64,000 nt of DNA. Source: an uncultured delta proteobacterium (lineage in GTDB: Bacteria > Desulfobacterota > RBG-13-43-22). The stretch covers positions 896,001 to 960,000 of the forward strand of contig CAWBOS010000010.1 in the NCBI GenBank assembly GCA_963790475.1. Reading direction: 5' to 3'. This document shows, piece after piece, positions 50,458-58,798 of this stretch. The notes beneath the pieces were generated by a model, which saw only the letters and a program-made list of their open reading frames with translations, did no database searches and was not told the origin of the DNA. The position numbers were made by a program, and so were the translations under genes. Each line of letters opens with the position of its first letter. Position 1 is the stretch's first letter.

Positions 50458-52442
50458 GCCCATCTTCCGCAGTTTGGAGAAAAAATCAAGAAAAACGTGA
50501 TGAATTTTTAGGAATTGTTAAATGATTTCAAATCCTGATCTTTGAAAATTGGATGTAGTGAAGACCACCCCCTTGCCAGGTGCTGTGGGAACGGAGATAA
50601 TGGGGTTATGTATCTCCGGCGTGCAACCAAAAAGAAAGGTGGAGCGGAGTACGAGAGCTGGCTTTTAGTTGAGTCGGTCCGTACTGCCCGAGGGCCCCGT
50701 CAGCGAGTAGTGGCGACGATAGGGAAACTTCCTGGCCTTGATCGGGAAGAGCGGATAGGTTGGGAGGAGATCGGACGGATTCTTTCCGGAAAGCCTCTAC
50801 CTGGACCTGAACTGTTTGAGCAGGGGGAAGACCCCCCATCTTGGGCCACGGTCAATATCCATGGCGTAAGCGTCGAGCGACTCAGAGGCTTCGGCGATGT
50901 CTATTTGGGGTTGCTTTTGTGGAACAAACTGGGGCTTGCCAGGTTCTGCCGAGATCATATTCCTTCCAACCGGGAAGAGATTCCTTGGTCGATCATGGCG
51001 TCTATTTTAGTTCTTGGACGCTTTTGCGCCCCATCGTCGGAATTACAGATGGCCGAGTTTTGGTATGGCCAGACGGCCTTAGACGATCTGCTGGGAGTGG
51101 CCGACTATAAGATCAATGAGGATCGGCTTTATCGTGCCCTGGATGCCTTGCTTCCCCACAAGGATGCCTTAAGCCGTCACCTTCAGGAGCGTTATGGGGA
51201 ACTGTTCGGCAGTAGCTTTGATTTTTTGTTTTATGACATAACCTCCACCTATTTTGAGGGGACCGCCAAGGGCAATGCCCAGGCCAAGAGGGGTTACAGC
51301 CGGGACAGTCGTCCAGATTGTCCCCAGGTCTGCATCGGCCTGGTGGCCACCCGAGAGGGCTTTCCCATAGCCTTTGAGGTTTTTGACGGCAATCGACCGG
51401 ATGTTACGACGACCCAAGAGATGGTTCAGATGATGGAGGCCAAATACGGCCAAGCCAACCGGATCTGGGTTATGGATCGCGGCATGGTGAGTGAGGAGAA
51501 TCTGGAGTTTATGCGCAAAGTCGGTGCCCGCTATTTGGTCGGCACCCCAAAAGTGATGCTGAAGAAGTTTGAGCAGCAGCTTTTCGAACAGAACTGGGAA
51601 GCGGTCCAACCTGATGTTGAGGTCAAGCTCTGTTGCTCGCCGGAAGGAACGGATGAAATCTTTGTCCTGTGCCGGTCTCAAGGCCGGAAGGAGAAAGAAA
51701 ACGCCATTCTAAACCACTTTTTGACCCGACTGGAAAGCCAACTGGATCACCTGGCCCGCCAGGCCGAAACCGGCAAGCTCCGAGACAAGCAGAAAGTCGA
51801 GCGGAGAATAGGGCGACTGCTGGAACAAAATAAACGTGCGGCCTCGTTGTTCAATATTACAGTCATAGAGACCGGTACCGGAAAAGACGCACCGCTTTCC
51901 CTAGAAGTCAAGAAGAACGAACAACGGCAACAGTGGGCCTTGGAGACCGGCGGTAGCTACATCCTGCGCACCAACTGGACCGAAAGTGACCCGAAAGTCC
52001 TATGGAATACCTACATCCAACTGACGGAAGTGGAAGATTCATTCCGTACCGAGAAACATGATCTGGGAATGCGACCGATCTTCCATCAAAAACAGGAACG
52101 GACCCAGGCTCATATCCTGGTCTGCTTCTTGGCGCTGACTATGTGGCGAACGCTCCAGCAATGGATGAAAGCCTCGGGACTCGGTACCGCCCCAAGAAAG
52201 CTGTTGGAGGAGTTGCGGGAATTGAAATCTTTGGATGTGCTACTACCGGCGCGGGAGAGAACCCTCCGGCTCAGAATGGTGGCTACTCCCTCAAAGGAAC
52301 TCAAAGTGCTGCTTCAGAGATTGAAAATTCTGCTCCCCAACAAACCAAAAATTATTGAAAATGTAGTGAAGAAAATGCCCTAATTCTTGTCGTAACTATT
52401 TGATATCGCGTCTTCCATGCTTTCTAACTGCGGAAGATGGGC
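50458..52442 (+). mobile_element. IS1634-family insertion sequence
   Basis: Terminal IRs GCCCATCTTCCGCAGTT / AACTGCGGAAGATGGGC, flanked by TA (or TAG) duplication. Confidence 0.9.
50608..52383 (+). CDS. IS1634-family DDE transposase
   Basis: YDITSTYFEG, RGYSRD.RPD, VMDRGM, VEDSFR..K..L.MRPIFH. Confidence 0.93.
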   Translation: MYLRRATKKKGGAEYESWLLVESVRTARGPRQRVVATIGKLPGLDREERIGWEEIGRILSGKPLPGPELFEQGEDPPSWATVNIHGVSVERLRGFGDVYLGLLLWNKLGLARFCRDHIPSNREEIPWSIMASILVLGRFCAPSSELQMAEFWYGQTALDDLLGVADYKINEDRLYRALDALLPHKDALSRHLQERYGELFGSSFDFLFYDITSTYFEGTAKGNAQAKRGYSRDSRPDCPQVCIGLVATREGFPIAFEVFDGNRPDVTTTQEMVQMMEAKYGQANRIWVMDRGMVSEENLEFMRKVGARYLVGTPKVMLKKFEQQLFEQNWEAVQPDVEVKLCCSPEGTDEIFVLCRSQGRKEKENAILNHFLTRLESQLDHLARQAETGKLRDKQKVERRIGRLLEQNKRAASLFNITVIETGTGKDAPLSLEVKKNEQRQQWALETGGSYILRTNWTESDPKVLWNTYIQLTEVEDSFRTEKHDLGMRPIFHQKQERTQAHILVCFLALTMWRTLQQWMKASGLGTAPRKLLEELRELKSLDVLLPARERTLRLRMVATPSKELKVLLQRLKILLPNKPKIIENVVKKMP

Positions 52443-53079
52443 TAGACTTAAGGGGGCAAGTTTTAACAGTCGTTCGGCCCATTCTTTGGCTGTATCCATA
52501 AGCTTTTCATTGGCCACCACTTTGTTGACCAGACCGACTTCATAGGCCTTTTGAGCGTTAAACCAGGTCCCCAACAAGTAGAATTCCATACTTTGCTTAA
52601 AGGTCATATAAGGACGGTATTCAATAATTCCGCCTACCCTGCCTGCTCTTCCCTCAGGGAAGCCGAATTGCGCATCTTCGGCTGCGACCGTAAGGTCGCA
52701 CCCCCGAATGGCCAGACCGGAACCGGCTCCCATGGCCAATCCATGTACAGCGCCAATGATTGGTTTTAACACCTGGGTTCCGTTTGCCGGATAGCACTTA
52801 CGAACCGTCCCTGGCTCCAAGGCTCCCGGAGTTATATCCGCACCACCACAAAAAGCCTTTCCGGCACCACTAAGGATAGCCACGCGGGCCTCAGGGTCTT
52901 GCTCAAAACGATCCCAGGATTGACTCAGCGCAGCCACCATTTCATTGTTGATAGCATTCAATTTTTCGGGACGATTCAGGGTAATATAGGAAATCTGATT
53001 TCTTACTTCATAAAGAATCACATCGGCCATACCCTTCTCCTTCTTCTTCCGACCTTATTCCAAAATCGAGGTAAACCTC

Positions 53080-54102
53080 CTATACCGGCCAGGGTATCTC
53101 GCCCAGGGCCATTCGGCACAAATCGGTGATAAAAATTTTCGGAAGCCCGACCCTTGCAGTGGGCCGGCGCATCACAGCATCACAGATCGGGCATATGGTT
53201 ATCAGGGCCTCGGCCCCGGAATCTAAGGCATCCTGGACATTCTTGGTCTGCATATCCATAGCCAGGTCTTTATTGACGCCGATAGCGGGGCCACTGCAGC
53301 ACACGGCATCCAGGCCGTCATACCGTCTGGAAACGTGCTCCGCACCGATCAGGCCGAAGATTTCATCCAACCAGATATCCTGCTCCCGTATCCAGCGCAC
53401 CGCACAATTTGGCTGGTAGGCCACTTTCTTATTTAACCTGGTAAGGTCTTTTTGGTTTTTTTGGAGATAATCCCGCAGGTATTCGAACAGATGGTAATAC
53501 TTGAAAGGGACGGGTATTCCAAGTTCCTTGGCCTTCACATGGGCCAGGACATATCCCTCATTATGGATATAGACGATCTCCTTCTCCAATTCCGCTAATT
53601 TTTCAATCACCTGGCGGCCAAACCGCTCGGCGAAACTCTCTCCACCCATATGCACCATGCCGACCAGGGACATGTATTGCCCCCCTCGTACCACGGTCAG
53701 TCCTTTGAATAACCGACTCTCCACAGTCCCTTCTGGAAATTGCTTGAATTCAAAGCCATCAAAAGAAAGCGCCGGCTTATCCGGATCTCCTGCTATCACC
53801 TGACTATCGGTTTGGCCTTCCTCAAATCTCTTGGCCCGATCGGAGAGCATCGGTTTGGCATTGAGGACTAAGGGACTGGTTCCGATCTTCTCCTGCATTT
53901 TAAAAATCAGATTAGCCGGATCCGCGCCGGTGGGGCAGTTGTCAAAACAGGTGTTACAGGTGATGCAATTGTTCAGGATATCCGCGGGCTTCCCCTCCAT
54001 GAGCCGTTTTATTTCGCTTACCGCCTTGTCTTTATCATAGTTGACATAACGACATTTTACCAGACAATCACCGCATAAATCACATTTTGAAGCATTCCAC
54101 AT
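53080..54102 (-). CDS. Fe-S protein (2 ferredoxin motifs + CCG-type domain)
   Basis: CDLCGDCLVKC, CITCNTCFDNCP, YQPNC, VCCSG, ICPIC. Confidence 0.85.
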   Translation of the reverse strand: MWNASKCDLCGDCLVKCRYVNYDKDKAVSEIKRLMEGKPADILNNCITCNTCFDNCPTGADPANLIFKMQEKIGTSPLVLNAKPMLSDRAKRFEEGQTDSQVIAGDPDKPALSFDGFEFKQFPEGTVESRLFKGLTVVRGGQYMSLVGMVHMGGESFAERFGRQVIEKLAELEKEIVYIHNEGYVLAHVKAKELGIPVPFKYYHLFEYLRDYLQKNQKDLTRLNKKVAYQPNCAVRWIREQDIWLDEIFGLIGAEHVSRRYDGLDAVCCSGPAIGVNKDLAMDMQTKNVQDALDSGAEALITICPICDAVMRRPTARVGLPKIFITDLCRMALGEIPWPV

Positions 54103-54138
54103 TTTCCACCTCCGTTAGATTTTTGATGGTTTTTATAT

Positions 54139-55011
54139 TCAACTGGGACCCGTCTCAATTCCTATCTGGGCTAAGTATTCCATAAATCTCAAGCTCAATT
54201 CTTCAGGGCTTCCTTCAAATAATTCCTTGTTTTTTTCAGCCAACCCCCCCGACATAATCTGCCACATCCGGTCCTCGGCTGAAAGACTGGTATCGGGCGT
54301 AAAAATTCGTTTAGGCCTTGGCTTGGGTATTTTGATATTCAGCAATTCTACCTTGGTCTGTCCTAGGGTGTCTTCCGGCGATATGTTCAGACCTTTTTCC
54401 TTTATTCTGTTGATTTCGGTCTTCAGGGCGGATAAGAGGCAGGGCAGGGTGGAGTATCGCGGTTCATTCAAGCTTTCCTCTAGAGTGAGCAGGGCCGGAA
54501 GGGGAACCACGATCCTTTCCCTGTAGCCCTTTTCCAATTTTTTTTCCAACACCAGCTGCTTCTTCTCAATAAGCAAATCGAGTTTGGTTACCCGGGAAAC
54601 GATCGGCAGGTTCAGCCGGTCCGCTATCACGTATCCGGTCTGACCTCCAAAGTTGTCCATCGATCCGTGTCCGCAGAGGATGAGGTCTATGTCCATTTTA
54701 CGACACCAAGCCGCCAGGAGAACACCAATCGCATAGCCGTCCGGATTATTAACGGAGGATTCAATAATTGAGGCCTCATCAGCCCCGAGGGATAAACAAT
54801 GCCGTATTAAATTTTCTGCGGAAGGAGAGGATAGGGCGATCAGAAAGACCTTGCCCGATCCATTCGTCTCTTTCAAGCTCACCGCCGCTTCGACGGCGAC
54901 CAGATCGGAGGGGTGAACCGTATAAATAAGATCTTCCGGGTCGATCCGTCCGTCGTCGAAGCTGATGATATTCGGATCTGGAAAAAAATGGAGGCAGACA
55001 ATGATATTCAT
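54139..55011 (-). CDS. fixA: Electron transfer flavoprotein beta subunit
   Basis: AVEAAVSLKE, LGADEA, LILCG..S.D...GQTG, NEPRY. Confidence 0.88.
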   Translation of the reverse strand: MNIIVCLHFFPDPNIISFDDGRIDPEDLIYTVHPSDLVAVEAAVSLKETNGSGKVFLIALSSPSAENLIRHCLSLGADEASIIESSVNNPDGYAIGVLLAAWCRKMDIDLILCGHGSMDNFGGQTGYVIADRLNLPIVSRVTKLDLLIEKKQLVLEKKLEKGYRERIVVPLPALLTLEESLNEPRYSTLPCLLSALKTEINRIKEKGLNISPEDTLGQTKVELLNIKIPKPRPKRIFTPDTSLSAEDRMWQIMSGGLAEKNKELFEGSPEELSLRFMEYLAQIGIETGPS

Positions 55012-55122
55012 TTATAAGCTTTCAGCGATCAGCATTCAGACGTCAGGAAAACAACAGATAGCTCCTTGCTCATTACTGGGTGCTCGAAAAAACGAGAAAC
55101 GAGTAATCAGTAACGAAACTTT

Positions 55123-55803
55123 CTATGGCATTTTCGCTCCCAGCTCCTTTCTGGCTTGTTTGGCTTCATCCGACCTGAGCCAGGAGATATAATCGGGACG
55201 TTTCCGGGCGCGAAAAATAAGGTTGCTGAACAGATCCGCCCAGAAGGCCAGAGGTTTTAAGGTTTTTTCAAACTCGGGATTAAATGAAGCCCACCCACGA
55301 ACATGTTCTTCCGACCGGAAGAGGTTCATGCCCGCTCAACGATACGGTCTGGTCTCAAGGGTCCCGCCGATCTCACTGTAGGTATAACCAACAATGGGCT
55401 CAGGCTGCACCGAAAGGATGTCCTCGTCCTTCATTTCAATAACGATGGGTTCTCCGCAGTCCAGACAAATGGCATCAAGCCGTACATGCTTTCCGGGGAA
55501 GAGCCAGCGAACCGCCAGCGCTTCGAATCCTCACTGGGCGAACCATTTTGGTTCACCGTCTATGGTGATGCGGTATTGGGTGGGTTGGTTGTTGAAGGGA
55601 GGGAAAGAGGCAATCCAGTCCGTCTGGGGGTGGACCCAACCGGGCACCCCGGAAGTCATCAGGTCATGGACCAATTGACGCCCTTCTTCCATCCCGATCC
55701 CCAGGTCCTTGGCCAGTTCGGTATGATGGGGGGCCTGACCGGTTTTGATGAAACGTTGCATGATGTTGTAAAACGCCCGATCCATTAAAGCGAGATCTGC
55801 CAT
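55123..55803 (-). CDS. MerB-like organometallic lyase-fold selenoprotein with two putative Sec residues (226 aa)
   Basis: ORFs 55531..55803 and 55123..55329 share one frame, separated only by UGA at 55533-55531 (WFAQ-U-GFEAL) and 55338-55336 (RPYR-U-AGMNLFRSEEH). The 64 intervening codons are open and include CLDCGEP. AGGAGG RBS; a SECIS-like hairpin follows each UGA. Confidence 0.85.
55297..55335 (-). promoter_or_regulatory. Bacterial SECIS-like hairpin after second UGA
   Basis: GCGGGCAUG-AACC-UCUUCC-GGUC-GGAAGA-A-CAUGUUCGU: lower stem, internal loop, upper stem and G-containing apical loop. Confidence 0.8.
55498..55524 (-). promoter_or_regulatory. Bacterial SECIS-like hairpin after first UGA
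   Basis: GAAG-C-GCUGGCG-GUU-CGCUGGC-U-CUUC, beginning 7 nt after the UGA. Confidence 0.7.
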
Positions 55804-55828
55804 GTTGGTATCCTCCTTTTATAAAAAT

Positions 55829-55989
55829 AAGGGTTTAAGGTGCAAGGTACAGGGTTTAAAGTAAAAACCAGTGGTAACTTGGAGTACTGGAGTGATGGAG
55901 TACCGGAGTATTGGTCTGAAAAACCCGGTACTTCAAATTTTCAATATACCAATATCCTGTGTTCCAACACTCCCATACTCCATTACTCG
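55829..55989. repeat. Composite 7-mer and 8-mer (GGAGTAYT / ATACTCC) inverted tandem repeats
   Basis: Seen directly between fixX and the MerB-like gene. Confidence 0.7.
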
Positions 55990-55998
55990 CCTCCCGAT

Positions 55999-56268
55999 CT
56001 ACCCGTATCGCAGACATACTCCGTATCCCCCGCGGGGATAACTCCATTCAATAGCTTGGTTTTCGCAGGTGATGCGGCAGGCACCGCATTCCACACAACC
56101 TTGCCAGGAAAAAACAATTTCGCCCTGGCTCAGTACATAATTCTTAACCGGGCAAACATACAGACAAGGTTGATGGACGCAGGTAGAGCAACGTGATCGG
56201 TCGATCTTAATGTGCGGAGACAGATCGACCTTGAATCGTACTCGGGTTAATTTTTCTTCTATGTCCAT
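55999..56268 (-). CDS. fixX: Ferredoxin-like protein FixX
   Basis: CSTC...CLYVCP, GCVECGAC, WSYPRGGYGV. Confidence 0.9.
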   Translation of the reverse strand: MDIEEKLTRVRFKVDLSPHIKIDRSRCSTCVHQPCLYVCPVKNYVLSQGEIVFSWQGCVECGACRITCENQAIEWSYPRGGYGVCLRYG

Positions 56269-57614
56269 AGAATTGCCCGTACCCCCTGAAGGATATCTTT
56301 AAACAATCGAGACTTAGGAATTTTCCCTTTGGTGGTCTCCCGCATTATGGATAGAATATTTTTTCTCGGCTCCCCATTGACACGATAAAAACGGTGGGCT
56401 ATTTCACAGGCCAAATCAGGGTACGCTTTATACAACCTGGGATTGGAAAGGAATTCCGGGACACGGCGAAAGGTTTTAAGGTCTTGGAGTACAAAGCTCT
56501 TCTCCAGCAATTCCAGGTAATAAGCCATTTGCCGTTTAGAAAAATCTCTGTTCTTCTTGGCCCGGATGACGGTTTTGGCCGCCGCCAGACCGGAGGCAAT
56601 GGCTAAATTCATCCCTTCCAGTGTAATACCTGTCGAGCAGACGAAGCCGGCCGCGTCCCCGGAAAAGAGGACTCCGTTCCCATACAGTTTGGGCAGGGCT
56701 TTATAACCGCCTTCAGGAATCAGATGCCCGGAATATTCTTTCAGGATTGCGTTTTTTATTTTGTTTTCAATAAAGGGCTGGGTTTTAAATTTTTCCATAA
56801 GGTCGGCAATGGACAATTTCTTTTTTTGCAGGGCCTCCAAATTGGCCACGACGCCAATCGAAAGGCTTGAAAGGTTGGTATAAAGAAATCCGCCTCCTTC
56901 CACTCCCTGAGTACATTCACCCAGAAAAAGATGGGCCAGCCCTTCTTTGGGTTTCAGCTCGAAACGTTGGTTAATGATTTCTTCAGGAAGGGTCAAGACC
57001 TCCTTGGCCGCGACCGAGATATTCGAAGGGGACAAGGTCTTTCTAAAGCCGGACTTTTCAGCCAGAATCGAATTCACCCCGTCGGCCACGATAACCGCAT
57101 CCCCCAGCAGCAGGCCGTCGGACCTCGAGGTTTTGACCCCGGTTACCCTATTGTCCTCCAGCACCAGGTCAACCACGGTCGTTTCCGGAACGAGCAAGGC
57201 CCCTGCTTCCCTGGCCTTTTCGGCGTACCATCGGTCGAACCTGGATCTTAAGAGGGTAAAACCGTTATAGGGTTCTCTACCGAACCGATTATCCTGAAAG
57301 GTCGTGGAGAGGGATGAATCGGAAGTGAGAATCGTGGTCTGATATTTTGTAATAAAGCGTTCAACCGGGGCCTGGGTCCAATAATCTGGAATCAATTCGT
57401 TTAAGGCCGCGGAATAATGTAATACGCCGCCGAACATATTTTTCTGACCAGGTTCTTCAGCTCGTTCGAACAAAACACATTTCAGACCGGCCCGGGCCGC
57501 GGCCAGGGAGGCTGTAGTGCCAGCCGGACCGGCTCCCACCACAATTAAATCATATTTATCTTGCACCAGACTATCCCTTCGGCCGCTTTCCTGATCGGCG
57601 ACCGAGTCGGTCAT
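56259..57614 (-). CDS. fixC: FAD-dependent ETF:quinone oxidoreductase-like FixC
   Basis: VVGAGPAG, GQKNMFGG, GGGFLYTN, EYSGHLIPEGG, GDAAG. Confidence 0.92.
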   Translation of the reverse strand: MTDSVADQESGRRDSLVQDKYDLIVVGAGPAGTTASLAAARAGLKCVLFERAEEPGQKNMFGGVLHYSAALNELIPDYWTQAPVERFITKYQTTILTSDSSLSTTFQDNRFGREPYNGFTLLRSRFDRWYAEKAREAGALLVPETTVVDLVLEDNRVTGVKTSRSDGLLLGDAVIVADGVNSILAEKSGFRKTLSPSNISVAAKEVLTLPEEIINQRFELKPKEGLAHLFLGECTQGVEGGGFLYTNLSSLSIGVVANLEALQKKKLSIADLMEKFKTQPFIENKIKNAILKEYSGHLIPEGGYKALPKLYGNGVLFSGDAAGFVCSTGITLEGMNLAIASGLAAAKTVIRAKKNRDFSKRQMAYYLELLEKSFVLQDLKTFRRVPEFLSNPRLYKAYPDLACEIAHRFYRVNGEPRKNILSIMRETTKGKIPKSRLFKDILQGVRAILWT

Positions 57615-58581
57615 TGATCACCCTTATTAGTTCTACGGCGTCTCCCACCAGGCCCATATCCGAATATTTGAAGATATCCGCCGAGCGGTCTTTGTTGATG
57701 GCCACGATGGCCTTTGAATCTTTCATCCCCAGGACATGATAGATGGACCCTGATATTCCGCAGGCCACATAAAGATCAGGGGTCACTGTCGTACCGGTTT
57801 GTCCGACCAGGCATTTTCGTTCCGCCAGTTCGGCATCGACGGCCCCGAGGGAGGCCCCGGCCACCCCCCCTAACTTCCTGGCCAGCTCCCTGACCAGTTC
57901 GAAATTTTCCCGGCTGCCCAGCCCGCGCCCTCCGGAGATGATGATTTCAGCCTCGTCCAGGGTGATGGTTTCAGGGTCGGCCTTTATCTTGTCTGTGATT
58001 CGAAAATGCCTTTCCTCCTCGTTCAAACCGGGGTTGAAAACTTCCGCTATGATTTCCTTTTTGGGCCTGGTCCGTTTCTTATTAAAGGCGCCGGGGATAA
58101 TCGTAGCCATCTGAGGGGTCCCGTGGCGGCAAATAAAGGTGCCGGCTATCCGGCCGCCAAAGATAAGCCTGGTCTGCAGTAACAAACCCTCGTCGTTCAG
58201 AGAAAGATCAAGGCAGTCCATGATCAGCCCGGTTTTCAGTCTTGCCGCCAGCCGCCCGGCCAGGTCATTCCCGAAAAAAGTGGCTCCAAATAGAATAAAG
58301 CCCGGCCTTTTCTCAGCGCATATTCCGGAAAGGGACCGGGCATAAAGTTCCGGATCTTCGTTCACCAGCAGGGGATGTTCTAGAAAAAAGATCCGGTCCA
58401 CCCCGTAATCGGCCATGCCTTTAAGGGCCTCCCGGTTGGTTTCTCCGATTATCAAGGCCTGGAGTTCGCTGTTAAGTTTGGAGGCCAGATCCCTCCCTTT
58501 GTTCAGCACTTCCCGGGAGACCTCGGCAGCTTCTCCATTGCGCCACTCGACAAAAACCATGACGGATTTGTTTGAGTTCAC
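57571..58581 (-). CDS. fixB: Electron transfer flavoprotein alpha subunit
   Basis: ISGGRGLG, VGQTG..V.PDLYVACGISG, AINKD..ADIF. Confidence 0.92.
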   Translation of the reverse strand: MNSNKSVMVFVEWRNGEAAEVSREVLNKGRDLASKLNSELQALIIGETNREALKGMADYGVDRIFFLEHPLLVNEDPELYARSLSGICAEKRPGFILFGATFFGNDLAGRLAARLKTGLIMDCLDLSLNDEGLLLQTRLIFGGRIAGTFICRHGTPQMATIIPGAFNKKRTRPKKEIIAEVFNPGLNEEERHFRITDKIKADPETITLDEAEIIISGGRGLGSRENFELVRELARKLGGVAGASLGAVDAELAERKCLVGQTGTTVTPDLYVACGISGSIYHVLGMKDSKAIVAINKDRSADIFKYSDMGLVGDAVELIRVINDRLGRRSGKRPKG

Positions 58582-58702
58582 GGCTTATTGCAAGATTTTT
58601 ATTAAGGTTTAACTTTTTCTTGAAATAAGTTAATGCCACTGACCCACAATGACGCCCACAGACTTTTCCCACTGCGGAGTTTCGCAGGGGAAAACGACCG
58701 GG

Positions 58703-58728
58703 TACTGATTGACAGTCGTCAATCAGTA
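58703..58728. promoter_or_regulatory. Perfect palindrome, candidate repressor operator upstream of fixB
   Basis: TACTGATTGAC-AGTC-GTCAATCAGTA. Confidence 0.55.
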
Positions 58729-58798
58729 TAATTTATAGTCTGATCTTGTCTGTTTTTGTCCGTGGCAAAAAAATAATTAAGGCTTTGGTCTTATCCAT

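Larger units (their letters stand above)
50294..53030 (-). pseudogene. Enoyl-CoA hydratase/isomerase interrupted by IS1634-family element
   Basis: N-part NRPEKLNA, FCGGAD, FGFPE...LAPLSL joins in frame to RIIKYG...SEDFKEGAKAFQEKREPVFKGF* (50455-50294). Confidence 0.9.

Noticed and set aside
55303-55788. Plus-strand 161-aa ORF
   Set aside because: Antisense shadow of the MerB-like gene; its openness reflects the continuous minus-strand frame.
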